A DNA stretch of 64,000 nucleotides, taken from Chiloscyllium plagiosum. Its lineage: Eukaryota. A program made the position numbers and the translations under genes. The stretch's first letter is position 1; every line of letters begins with the position of its first letter. Location of the stretch: assembly GCF_004010195.1 (NCBI RefSeq), contig NC_057749.1:7213416-7277415 (forward strand). Reading direction: 5' to 3'. A model generated the notes under the pieces. The model saw only the letters and a program-made list of their open reading frames with translations, had not been told where the DNA came from and ran no database searches. Positions 11,798 through 24,120 of the stretch are shown here, in pieces.

Positions 11798-13039
11798 GGA
11801 TCTGTGTTCGACCAGAAACCCTAGGTCTCACTCCAACAGATTACAAGCACATCACTTGCCTATTCCTTGCGTTGCAAGGTGTGAGCGAAGAAGAACATTC
11901 TATTAGCCAGCATTTATATTATTCCGTTTATTAGTTTAGCTCGAATAGCGAGGGCTGATGGCATGATCAGCAGACGCAGTTCAGGAAAAAAAAGTGATCG
12001 AAACTGATGGAGCAACTGAAGAGAAATTAACATGCAGAGTGGAAATGATACAATTGCTCGAGTAGTATGGGGTTAATGAGTCTATCTGCCGATGTTAATT
12101 CGGGGCCCTTGCACTGCCAGTCTCAGTAATTCCTCAAAGCCAGCCTGTCTGATGATACTGTCAGGTCGTGGAGGCAAAAACACAAACCTACACATCTGTA
12201 TAGGTACGGTTGATAAGCAACGGAATCACACTGCAAAAAAAAAGGTCATTAATTACAATTTTTCTTATTCCAAGCAAGCCTGATATTAAATGTCTTTATT
12301 TAAACAATTGTAATTAGTGTACTCATTACTGCATTAATATTAATAGGAGTGCTAATACTGCATGCGTCCTACTCCGCTATCTCTCGAATCTTTTGATAGC
12401 AACCAGAACTTCCAAATTACTGGAAAGGTGTCTATTTCCCGCCCTGAATTCCTAGGTGTGCGTTTGTAATGCAAGCTGCCTAAGTAGGTTTGTCATTCTG
12501 TAATTGCAGCTTACCCCTCAAGAGGAGGGGCTCCATCCACACCGCTGACAGCCAGGTCTAATTAAAGCCGGGCAGGTTTGCAGAGGCAATGCTTCCATTA
12601 TAACTAGGGGACAGAGGCATTTGGAAGGTAGATCAGAAAACAAGAGGGGAATGTGTAATGTTAAAATGGGAGCCAAATTACTTCTGGTTTTACTATCCAT
12701 GAGCTTCTAATGTGAAGGCAACACTTTATCGTGAAACCCATGTGCAATGTCAAAGAAGAACAAGCAGATTATCAAAAATTCTGACGTACATGCAATTGCT
12801 TTCCACAGACCTTATTCCTGTTACGCTTTCAGTTAACACATACCATTGCAAATTGCTGTCAAAATTTCCCACTGAATTTAGCTATGTACACTGTCACAAT
12901 GCAGTGCAATTTATGGTCACTAAATGGCTCGATTAATTGAGCCCCAAACAACTCCCTTGTCATCTGCTATCTATTTATCGCCCTGCACAAAGACACAGCT
13001 CGCTTGGCAATACAAAACTTGAGTTTTGCCATCAAAGAG

Positions 13040-13300
13040 TATGTTATCAAACGTTTGTACCCTGCGTTCATCAGGACAGAAATACCAACTTTCAAAGGGA
13101 GTAACAATTTATATGCGTGAGCCTCAGGTGTTGATTGAATGGCAAGTTTACTCTGTTCAAGACAGTACCAGAAAACTATTGACCTCCATACTTTATATCA
13201 ATTCAAAACAAAGCACAATGCCTGGACGTGTTTTTTTTCTGCTTGTAAAGGAGAGGTCACTGCATTTGGTTATATGTAGCTTGTGGTAAGACTAAGTGAG
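13040..13300 (-). mobile_element. Old Penelope-like fragment
   Basis: ttcatcaggaca...tttcaaagggagtaacaatttata, homologous to 120-205 and 51935-52130. Confidence 0.55.
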
Positions 13301-13424
13301 TCACATTGTGAACATCTCTTTTTCATCAGCAATATATAACAGCAGGTATAATGTACTGATTAGAATATGCTTTCCATGCTATTGCCCTTTTGCCTGCTTT
13401 CTTAAAGGCAGAAGGCTGTTGTGT

Positions 13425-13590
13425 TTGAGTGATCTGGTCCAGGTATGAGTGAGCTGGACTGGATGTGAGTGAGCTGGTCCCAGTGTGAATAATCTGGACG
13501 CAGTATGAGTGAGTTGGATTGACTGTGAGTAATCTGCACACAGTGTGTGAGCAGTAGTGAGTTGGAGCAGGGAGCAATTGGACTGAACTG
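13425..13590. repeat. Degenerate 20-bp minisatellite
   Basis: Units such as gagtgagctggactggatgt / gagtgagctggtcccagtgt / gagtaatctgcacacagtgt, about 7 copies. Confidence 0.75.
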
Positions 13591-13819
13591 CATCCAGAAG
13601 GGCAAACTAGAATGGAGGTGAGGGAGCAAGCTGCAAAAGATTCCAGGACTCGAGCTTCTAATGTAATCAAAAGTCTGATTGAGGGGCATTGAGGTATATC
13701 CACTTCATAAGTGTTCAGGATAAGCAATTACTGTATATTTCTGATTGAAGGGGATACACACAAGAGGTACAGTGAGGACTGAGGCATTGAACATAAACTT
13801 ATATTGAAGCATTGAAAAC

Positions 13820-14390
13820 CTATGGCACAGAATGTAGCCATTTACCCCATCCTCTATGTGCTGGCTGAAATTACAATCAAGTGTAATCTCCATATCCACC
13901 TCTTAGTCCAATAGACCTAGGAGTTATGGCACTTCACATGCTAATGTGAATCCTAGAGATTTTTAAAAGTGTTTTGAGGGTTTCTGCCTGCAGTAATAGT
14001 TTTTCAGGCAATGAATTCCACACCTTGTCCTTCTCTGGCCGAAGAAAAGTCTCCCCAACTTCCTTTTAATTCTCTAACCAATAGCTTTTAAAATCCATCT
14101 CCCCCTGGTTACTGACTTACCCACTAAGGAAAACAAGTCCTTCCTATTCATTCCATCTAAACCCCTCATCATAGTTTACGTGGAATAAATCTTTGTAAAT
14201 CTCTTCTGCGCGTTCACATCCCTCCCATAAAGTGCAGCCATAACTGAACACGGTGTTTTAGTCAGCTCTAGAATGACAATCCTGCTCTTCATTGATCAAC
14301 CTCAGTTGACGTATGAAAGTATCCCATCGAATCTCTCAAGTAATTTTTCTACCTGTTTTGCAACCCTTGGATTTCTGTGCAGATATACTC
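13820..14390 (-). mobile_element. Old CR1 LINE fragment
   Basis: Degenerate similarity to the CR1 3' ends elsewhere in the window. Confidence 0.5.
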
Positions 14391-14567
14391 CTAGCTCCCT
14401 CTCCTCACATTAACTTTTTTTATTGGCTGGGATTTAAGTCCATTGTCTTGCTGGGAGAGCCAATGAGAGACCCACATTAGCCTGATGAATGAAGGTCTAA
14501 CAACACTCAAGAAGCTTGAAACCATCTGGTTCACTTGATTGGCTCCCCATCCAAAAACATCCATTCC

Positions 14568-14714
14568 TTTCCTATCTTCCTGGTGGTGGAAATTGAATAA
14601 AGATTCGTGCACTTTGTGTCTTTCACTGTGTCTCACACCTGCACACACACACCATGGGTGCTGGGGAAAAAGTAAGCACTACCGCACTTAGGTGGTAGTG
14701 TGGAGGTTAATAAA
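14568..14714 (+). mobile_element. Tx1-like (L1 clade) 3' end inserted in a LINE fragment
   Basis: AATAAA, (CA)n, hairpin cactaccg-cacttagg-tggtagtg, A tail; TSD aaaaacatccattcc (14553-14567, 14715-14729); homologous to 41290-41380. Confidence 0.7.
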
Positions 14715-14978
14715 AAAAACATCCATTCCGTCCACCTGCAACACCCAATAACAGCAGTGTGTACCAATCACAAGACTGTTGGCATTCACCACATTTAAAT
14801 TACGTTTCAGTTTTGACCCTGGTCAGTCCTGAACAATAATACTTTGGACATTAGAGACAGAGTAGCATTCCATTAACAGGGTGTAACCACGGTATAGTAT
14901 TAATGATGGATAGTTCGTGTAGGTTCATTCCTGTAGCTGCAGCTACCACGACAGTCAATAAGACTGGTGACAATGTAA

Positions 14979-15166
14979 TTAAATCAGAAAGTGCTGGAGA
15001 GACTCAGCAGGTCTGTGGAGAGAAAGAAACAGAAGTTCTGAAGAGTTACTTTGGACTGTTAACTCTGTTTCTCTCTGTCTCCACAGAGACTGCCAGCCTT
15101 GCTGAGTCTCTTCAGCCCTTTCTGTTTTTATGTCAGATTTCCAGAATCCACAGCATTTTGCTTTTA
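14979..15166. mobile_element. Old fold-back PLE insertion
   Basis: Inverted arms cagaaagtgctggagagactcagcagg / ccttgctgagtctcttcagccctttctg; degenerate TSD ggtgacaatgt/ggtgatgatgt. Confidence 0.7.
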
Positions 15167-15189
15167 GGTGATGATGTGAAGTGGAAATA

Positions 15190-15830
15190 CATAGAGTCAT
15201 CGAGTCATGCAGCACGGAAACAGACCCTTTATCCCAACTCGTCCACGGTGACAACTTCCCTAAAGTGAACTAGTCCCACTTGCCTGCATTCGGCCCATAT
15301 CCCTCTCAACATTTCCTGTCCATCGATCTGTCCAAATGTCTTTTAATTGTACCCCTCCACCACTTTCTGTGGCAGCTCATTCTGTACAAGCACCACCCTC
15401 CGTGTGAAAAGATTGCTCTCAGGTTGCTCTTTCCCCTCTCACCTTAAACCTATGCCTCCTAGGTTTGGACTCTCCTATCCAGCAAAAATACCTTGGCTAT
15501 GCACTTTATCTATGACCTTCATGATTTTATAAACCTCTAAAGGTCACCCCTCAGCCTCCCGAGCTGCAAGGAAACAATACCCACCTGATGCAGCCTCTGC
15601 TTATAACTCTAACCCTCCAGTCCCAGTAATACCCTTGTAAATCTTTCCTGCACCCTTTCCAGTTTAATAACATCCTTCCTATAGCAGGGCGACCAGAATT
15701 GTATGCAGTACTCCAAAGTCTTGTACAGGTGTATCATGGTATCCCATCTCCCGTACTCAGTGCTCTGACCGATAAAGGCAAGCATGCTAAATGCCTTCTT
15801 CACCACTCTGTCGGCTTGTCTACATTTACG
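15190..15830 (-). mobile_element. CR1 LINE 3' fragment
   Basis: Minus peptide VVKKAFSMLAFIGQSTEY...LEYCIQFWSPCYRKDVIKLERVQERFTR. Confidence 0.9.
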
Positions 15831-17097
15831 AATGTGAGGCTTTACAAAGTACCACCTGTGCCACCAAAGTGTCTTCAAGAACTTTCCCTCACATGACGTG
15901 TGTGGGGAAGGGTATTCCTGACTAGCAGAGGTTCGCCTGATACACGGTTGGGACAGGTGGAGGAAATCCAGGAAGATGCCAACTTTGCTGAGTACTCCAG
16001 TTGGCTTGTCAGCACCATAACGTGAAGGCAGCATCGCAGTGGTACAAGGTGGACAGCAGAGAACGGCACGAGATAACTCGCCAGAGCTCACAGAGAGAAA
16101 CCTTCCATGAAACTGGCCAATTCTCTGGTGAAATTGAGCCCACAGTTGATGTATTTAATTTTGTGCAGGTACACATTGTAATTCTAGACACAATTCTTTG
16201 TGTAGTGCACCACACACTGCTTCACAGTTCCTGGAAATAGGAAAAGAGGACTAGACTCATGTAAAATAGGGGTGAGAAACAAGTTTGGAGTAAAGGAGAC
16301 AAAAAGTTGAAATATGGGAATTCCAGAAACAAAAGGGTTAATATTTGAATTTAAAAATAGCTTTTGTATGCTGGATGCAGACCTGCATTTGGAAAAATAA
16401 ATAAGGCAGCACATAATCCCATTTTAGATCCTAACCCTTCAGGATTTCTTGTTTAAAAATCTGGACAATGATGAGCGTCCTTGCAAAATAAGAAAAGTTG
16501 ATTCTGTAACAATTAATTCATACTCTTTTTATCCTATTTAAAATTACATGGGGACTCATCACATGGTTTAAACTTCAATAATGTTTATCTACAGCAAACA
16601 AGTCTCTTTGAACTATTTACACTCTAGTTTTTAGCGGAACAAATGAAATTGTTTTCATGAACATTTGAATAATAAAATTTGCAGAGATAGAACCTGTATA
16701 ATTTATTGTGGTATTATCTTTCTGCATGATTATCTCTTTTGCCTAAATATGACATTGAACTTCAACATTTAATTCTTTCACAGATCATGTTTCTGCCAAG
16801 TCTTTACTTATTGTGTTGCAGGACAAAAAATCAGCCGCAAGAAGAGAATGTACAATGGGAGGCGTTGCTGACCTCCTACACGGTGAGTTTGAGGGTCAGA
16901 AGGGCTTTAACTAGGAGGGATACTGACATGCCTGAATGCCTTTATCTTTCGATCTCCTCCAGAATTAAATCCAGCATGACTGGCTGTGGTTGGACATCCC
17001 ACTCTTCAGCGATTTGAGGTTCCTAAGTGACCGTTAAATGACCAATAATGAATGGTATTCATCCAGTGGAGGGTGGTCTATCACCCCACAGTGTCAA

Positions 17098-17592
17098 GGC
17101 AAAGTCACCATAGTCCTGTAAGGATGTGGAGGTGCCGGTGTTAGCCTGGGGGGGATTGAAGTTAAAAATCATCCAATGCCAGGTTTTAGTCCAACAGCTT
17201 TATTTGGAATTACAAGCTTTTGGAGCGCTGCTCCTTTCTAAGGTAGCTAGTGGGGCAGGATCATAGGACTATAAGTTCTGTGTCCTATGATCCTACCCCG
17301 CTGCCTACCTGATGAGGGAGCAGCTCTCCAAAAGCTTGTACTTCCAAATAAACCTGATGGATTATTACCTGGCATTGGGTGATTTTTGACATAGTCCTAC
17401 AAGACTGTAGGGCTGTTCTCTCATTAGAGAAATAGCTGACTAGTATGGTTTAACCTATACCTCAAGCAAGGGGGGGGGATGTTGAGAAGGAGAGTCCTTC
17501 ATGGTAGCTCCAGCTGATGCAGGAATTGAACACATGCTACTGGTGTCATTTTGCATTATAAACCAGCTGCCCAGCCAACTGAGCTAACTGAC
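17098..17592 (-). mobile_element. Family B tRNA-derived SINE interrupted by a PLE palindrome
   Basis: Matches 935-1430; ends cagccaactgagctaac. Confidence 0.7.
17123..17389. mobile_element. Fold-back PLE insertion
   Basis: Inverted arms around ~17270; hammerhead-like ctgatgagggagcagctctccaaaagct; TSD catagtcctgtaag/catagtcctacaag. Confidence 0.85.
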
Positions 17593-18074
17593 TACCTAAC
17601 CACATGGGCAATAGGTGAACATGTGATCCGGTGGTGGAAGCAGGGTAATCCCTCCTACGATGGTGTTCAGAGCCTGATTGGCAGATGCGACTCAGAGACA
17701 TGGGAGTCATTGGAGTCTGTAGACCTCCAATGGCACCCATGGTCCTTGCAGTTGGAAACATACCACTCTGCATCCCCGCTCCCCCCAATTCCTCCCCTAT
17801 CAACAGCCTCCACTCAGCTCCCATCAATCTCTCCCAACATTACTTACCTAAGGAGTAGCTTATTGATTCTGGGCTGTGGGGGCTTAACATCCTAGCAACA
17901 ACCACAGCCTGCCCAGCACCACTGCTGTTGACATGAGCTGCTAACCTCTGGCCAGCAGCACTTGGAAGTCGGAACGTCTGACTCTCGGGGCCCTTGACCA
18001 GGGCAATGCTCCGCCTTTCATCTGAGAGTTGCCTGTGGGACACAATAAGGGTCAGGCCTTTCCGAAGGAGACGT

Positions 18075-18380
18075 TTTTTTAATTCACTTGTGGGACATGG
18101 TCATTGCTGGCTGGGCCCAGCATTTATTACCCATCCCAAGTTACCCTTGAGATGGTGGATGTGACCTGCCTGCTTGAAATGTTGCTGTCCATATGCTGTA
18201 GGTAGAGCCACCCGGGACAGAATTCTAGGATTGTGACCCAGTGACAGTGAAGGAATGGCAGTATATTTCCAAGTCAGGATGGTGTGTGTCTTGGAGGGGA
18301 ACTTGCAGTGGTGAGTGTCCCCGTGCATCTGCATTGTCTTTCTGGATGACAGTGGTCATGGGTTTGGAAGAGGCTGCCTA
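18075..18380 (-). mobile_element. 3' end of a CR1/L2-group LINE (tail shared with family C SINE)
   Basis: gctggctgggcccagcatttatt tail; reverse complement of 44590-44825. Confidence 0.7.
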
Positions 18381-19234
18381 CGATGAAGAGGCAAGGCAAG
18401 ACAGAAGCACAGTGAGCCAGTGAGTTCTGAATAATGTGGCAATGCACAAAAGACAAGGCCAGCAAGGCAAGGCAGGGATTCTATGAGCTTCCATGTAGTC
18501 AGATAGTGAGTGAGGGCTAAGAAAGTGAGTGAAAAGCCCAGAGATGCACTCTGGCCCAAACCATGAGATGGGTGCCTGACCCTGCACCCTGTAATGCTTG
18601 GCACTAGCATTACAATGCAAGGTATTCCATATTGCAGGCTTGAAGTGGATGGACTGCAATCTGAGTGAGGTGGAATGATGATGCAGTGAGATTGACGCTT
18701 GCCTAATACCAACCTCCAAGGGTGGTGGGGGGGTAGGATTCAGGTAGTCACTACCCATGGAGGACTCCCTGAGGTGTCAGGGACTGCTGGCCCAGAGTAT
18801 GGCCTGGCAGAGCTAGTGGGGAGCTGGAGCTGCTATGTACCCTCTGCAAAACGTAGATAATGCTGAGCTGTTAATACATGCAAACTGACCCCTTACTGCT
18901 CACAAGTGGAAGATTCTCATTTTGCCATTCAAACATTGGGTACAAAGTTGGATTTTCTGTCTGGACACTGAGATCCCTAGTTTTTCAATCTTGCCATATT
19001 TTTCCACAGACTCCCCATGGTCCAGGGTTTGGTGCTAGGCTATGTTCCTCAACCACTATCCTGAACTCTATCTGACCCCCTCATGAAATGGGCACAGGAT
19101 GACAGAAAGCATTTGGTAGTAATTTAAGATAGAATATTCCCCAAGCTGATGCACAATGCCTTAGGGCGGTTCCGAGCTGGGAAAATGATTCATTCAATTA
19201 AAAATCATTTTATGAGGCACGTATTGGCATGAGA

Positions 19235-19615
19235 GGGAGTATATAAGCAAAATACCTTGACTTCAGGGGTTAGATTATGAGGAGAGACTTTGCAAATTAG
19301 GCCTGTTTTCTCTAGAATTTGGAAGATTAAGGGGTGATGATTGAAGTCTTCAAGACATTTACAGGTCATTCATCTCATAGAATCATACAGAGGAGAAGAG
19401 GCCCTTCAACTCATCAAGTATGTCCTGCCAAAAGTACATTCTTACTTACACTAATCTCACCTTTCAGCACTAGGTCCACAACTTTGAATGTTATGACACT
19501 TCAAGTGCTCATCCAAGTATTTTCTAAAGGTTGTGAGGGTTCCCACCTCAACTATGCTTCCAGGCAGTGTATTCCAGACTCCCACCACTCCCTGGGTGAA
19601 AAAGCTTTTCCTCTT
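19235..19615. mobile_element. Two abutting CR1 fragments in opposite orientation
   Basis: Plus LDYEERL.KLGLFSLE...LRGDDD-like stretch to 19360, then reverse CR1 3' UTR. Confidence 0.55.
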
Positions 19616-19649
19616 TGCTGCTTATGGAAACTTGTAGTGCACAAAAGCA

Positions 19650-19980
19650 GGTAGCTCAGTGGTTAGTGCTGCTGCCTCACAGCATCAAGGACCCAGGTTC
19701 AATTCCAGCCCTGTGTGACTGTCTGTGTGGATTTTGCACATTCTCGCCGTGTCTGCATGGGTTTACTCTAGGTGCTCTAGTTTCCTCCCACAGTTCAAAG
19801 ACACGTGGGTCAGGTGGATTCGCCATGCTAAATTGCTCACAGTGTTCAGGGATGTGTAGATTAGGTGCATCAGTCAGGGGTAAATGTAGAGTAATAGGGT
19901 CTGGGTGGGATACCCTTCGGAGAGTTGGTGTGGACTTGGGAGCTAAATGGCCTGTTTCCACACTGTAGGGATTCTATGAT
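19650..19980 (+). mobile_element. HE1-type V-SINE
   Basis: A/B boxes, V core, CR1-type tail. Confidence 0.85.
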
Positions 19981-20500
19981 TCAAAAGGTATAATCATGTC
20001 ACAGCTGCCTATATGGTTAAGGTATACTTATACACGATTCATTTTGTGTTCAGGGACGTTGCATTGCAGAAAGATTGAAAGAATAAGTTCAACTTCATTG
20101 CTCTGTGATAGCGCAACTGAACCTGATGGAATTTATACCATGTGCATGCTTACAAACTAATTGATACACCAAGAAAAATTTCCCAGGAAGATGTAAAGCT
20201 GACCAAAGTTAGGGCTTTAGTGATGGATTGTTGAGTAAATCTGCCTGTGTTGCATTTCAAAATGTGTGCATTTACATCCTGAGCAGTCAAACGAGGTTGA
20301 CAAGCCAAAATAAATGGAAGGTGACACCTTCATGCGACAGGAGCCTGCAGTGGCATTAATTTTCCAGTATCTTAGGCAGTGGCCCATGGAAAAGGTCCCA
20401 AGGTGTTGTGGTCTGGTGCATCCTTGCTATGGGAAAATATTTCTCATAGACAGGATTTAAAGAAAAAAACACCTGCTGTCTTGAATTGCTGTTACCAGAG

Positions 20501-20800
20501 ATTAGATTAGATTAGATTACATTACAGTGTGGAAACAGGCCCTTCGGCCTAACAAGTCCACACCGACCCGCCGAAGGGCAACCCACCCATCCCCCTACCT
20601 AACACTATGGACAATTTAACATGGTCAATTCACCTGACCTGCACATCTTTGGACTGTGGGAGGAAACCGGAGCACCCGGAGGAAACCCGCACAGACACGG
20701 GGAGAATGTGCAAACTCCACACAGTCAGTCGCCTGAGGCGGGAATTGAACCCGGGTCTCAGGTGCTGTGAGGCAGCAGTGCTAACCACTGTGCCACCGTG
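20501..20800 (-). mobile_element. Young HE1-type V-SINE
   Basis: (attag)n tail, CpGs retained, near-identical to 60704-61012. Confidence 0.92.
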
Positions 20801-20964
20801 TCGCAGATGTAACAATTCTGTAAAAATGTATGCCACCAATTGTGGAAAATTCCTAAATACAATGATTCCTGCACCAAATATTCTGTGTTATGTTAAATCC
20901 AGAGGTGAACATTTCCTTTTGCCCATGGGTTGGTCTCCTTTGCTTTGAAGGATTTGGGGTGAGT

Positions 20965-21295
20965 TCAGGAACCCTTCTGTTAATTCAACCAAACACTCAG
21001 AAAAGCTCACCTCGCCTCATAATCTGTCAAAATATGAGTGACAGAGAACTCCCAAATTCTACTATTTAAAGAAAAAATATCAATTTATTATTTAACTCTA
21101 AAAGTGAACATTAAACAACAACTATTCACAACTCTAAGCCCCCTTTCTCTTAACTGCTTATCACTTGCCTCCAACTCTATAACAATACACTTTTCCAATA
21201 AAACCCTTATTAAATTACATCAACTTAATTTCAAAACCATACAGCGGCTGTTGTCTTCTGTGTCTTTCTTCCTTTGGCTGAAGATCTCCCTGAAT
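20965..21295. mobile_element. Probable LTR fragment
   Basis: Composition and reverse AATAAA resemble fish Gypsy LTRs; no TG..CA ends or TSD found. Confidence 0.35.
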
Positions 21296-21379
21296 CATCA
21301 TCCCTGTGAACCTCAATTCATTTCGCACCCAAAAGCATCATGTTTTGAGACAGCAGTAAAGCAATGATTTATGTACTAA

Positions 21380-21612
21380 AAATCTGAAACAAAACAGGAG
21401 GTGCTGGAGAAACCCAGTAGGTCTGGCAGTGAGAAAGCTCAGCTAACGCGGGTAAGTGGCGTCGAAATGCTCATCAGCCATGATTGAATGGCAGAGTGGA
21501 CTCGATGGGCCGAATGGCCTTACTTCCACTCCTATTTCTTATGGTCTTATGGAGTCCAAGTCACACTTCTTCAGAACTCAGATGCTGCCGAGTTGCCCCA
21601 CAATTTTCCAGA
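21380..21612. mobile_element. PLE terminal fragment interrupted by a CR1 3' tail (21449-21550)
   Basis: PLE arm ...cagctaacg | CR1 tail ending cttatggtcttatg | gagtccaagtcacacttcttcagaac. Confidence 0.65.
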
Positions 21613-22713
21613 CCATGGCAAAAATGAAGTGGAGGGCAAGTTTAACTTTTACATGAGTATTACTTTTGAAGGGCTGTGCTGAATACCACAGGGCCTGTCT
21701 GTCTGGGGTTATCCATTGATATTTCTCACGCTTAAATGCGAAAAGAACATTTGTGCAAATAAAAGACTGACTGGACTATTTCTGGTTTCAAAACTAGCTC
21801 AAGGTAGATGAAAAATGAGGGACTTTTGTTCTAAAAATCAAGGATCAACTTATAAAGGGGGTGGGAGGGGCCAGAAGTCAGAGTTTGTCCCGCACATTAG
21901 ATTGACTATTGCTCCAGTATGTCTTACCACAGGCAACTAGCAAGTCTGGAATTAAAAACCTGTCTCAGAGATCGTGACCATGAGGAAATATGTGAACCTT
22001 ACTTGGTCTGGCCGACATATGAGTCTGGACCCACAGCAATGTGATTGATTCTAAAACAACCACACTGTAAAGGGCAGTAGAACAGGTTACAAATGTTTGG
22101 CCATGTTTGCATTGCATTAGAGAATAACAGACAAAAAAAAGAACTCAATGAATGAGCACTTACTGATCTTCAGGAAAGAGAATTCCAAAGATTCACAAGC
22201 CCTTGAGTGAAGAAATGTCTCTTTGTATCAGTTTAAATCACTGGCTTCTTTAATTAAGCCTATGCACTCTAATGTGTGGACTCTCCGAAAATTGTATTAG
22301 TTTGAATGCAAACATACATACGAACCATTAAGCTAGGAGCAAATGTAGGCCTTGCTGAGTAGGTCTGCCATTCAAAAATTACATGGCTGATCTCATTGCA
22401 TTTGGAATTTCACATTCCAAACAAATACCAATTTTGATTAGACTCTCCTGTCTTCCAGCAACCTATCTAACTCTACCTTAAAAATATTCAATGATCCCAC
22501 CAGCACTGCCTTCTGTGGAAGGGTGTGTTGCACTATCCTCCCAGGGTTAAAACTTCTCATCCCTGAATTAAATGAGCGTAGCCTAATTTTGAATAAGAAT
22601 CATCTCTAATTTTCCTAAATACTGGAGAATGTTAACATTTTGTTTTGGAGCAGTGAGGGGGCTTATTATAACTACTACTCGATATAGTTGCCACAGAGTG
22701 CATAGTTATTAGG

Positions 22714-23014
22714 GGCGGCAGTGGTTAGCACTACTGCCTCACAGCACCAGGGTCCCAGGTTTGATTCTAGCCTTGGGTGACTGTCTGTGTGGAGTTTGCA
22801 CGTTCTCCCCATGTCTACGTAGGTTTCTTCCGGGTACTCCGGTTTCCTCCCACAGTCCAAAGATGTGCAGGTCAGGTGAATTGGCCATGTTAAATTGCCC
22901 GTAGGGGAATTAGTCAGAGGGAAATGGGTCTGGGTGGGTTACTCTTCAGAGGGTCGGTGTGGACTGGTTGGGCCAAAGGGCCTGTTTCCACACTGTAGGG
23001 AATCTAATCTAATC
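22714..23014 (+). mobile_element. HE1-type V-SINE
   Basis: Full head, core and (aatct)n tail. Confidence 0.9.
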
Positions 23015-23484
23015 TGAAGAAAGCAGAATTGTTTTGAAAGCCTAATGAGTCTGCAAAATCTGATAAAAGAAATGCAACTATGCCATAACATTACCAACTC
23101 TGCAAGAGTCAGTTATAAAGGATGACACTTCCATTCAAGTGAAATCTGAATGGTTCTGTCCATCTAACTTGACATAGATTATAAATTTTACACTGTATGC
23201 TGATTTAACAAATCTATATTGCCTATTGGAACACTCTCATTACTGACAACTGACGAAGTGTTAAAGTTTCAGGTTATTTGGCTGCTTAACAAGTTATTTC
23301 AAATTTTCCCTAAGTATAAAATTGAACCATCATATTTGTATTCAGCATCACACTGCAAACATCAGGCTATTCAGTCTGCTTGCCTATGCCAGCTCTTTTG
23401 AAAGATCCACCACATTACTTCCATTTCTTTGCTTTTTCTCCAAATGAAAGGAATTTTCTTTTCCTGTCAGTCATGCTAACTTTC

Positions 23485-24120
23485 ACACAAAAACAGGACA
23501 AGACCATTTGGCCCATCAAGATTCCTCTCCCATTCAATATGATCGTGGTTGTTTGTGAGCTGCAACACCAGTTTTTCACCGATTCTCCATTCCCTTGACT
23601 CCCGTGAAAGACTAAAAATAATCTGTCTGTCCTAGCCTCCAAATGGCTGATGTTTAACAATTGATCAACCACAACACTGTGAGATGGAGAATTGCAAAGA
23701 TTCACAATGCTTTGAGTGAAGGAATTTCTCTTTATCTTAGTTGTAAATGATCATTGCCTTTACCTAAATTTTAACCCCCACCTGACTTAGATTTCCCAAT
23801 CACCAGGGGAAAAATAATCTCTCTGTCTCAATCCTGTCAAGCCCCTTCCAAGTCTTGGATGAGATTCCGCCTGATTCCTCTAAGTTCTACAGAACATTGC
23901 CCCAACTTATCCAACCTCTCACCATGGGACAACCTCCTCATCCCATGGACTAAGTGAGTCTTTGCTGTCCTATCTCCAATGTGGGTATATCCTTCCTTAA
24001 ATATGGAGCTGAAGACTGCATGTAGAGCTCCAGATGTGGTCACACATCAATGCCATATACAATTGAAGAAAGACTTCTTTATACCTGCATTCCAATTTGC
24101 TTGTGATAATGGCCAACATT
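23485..24120 (-). mobile_element. Old CR1 LINE fragment
   Basis: Minus peptide MRRLSHGERLDKLGQCSVELRGIRRNLI. Confidence 0.75.

Noticed and set aside
20740..20800. tRNA-like A and B boxes here and in other SINE heads
   Set aside because: Continue into SINE core and tail; not tRNA genes
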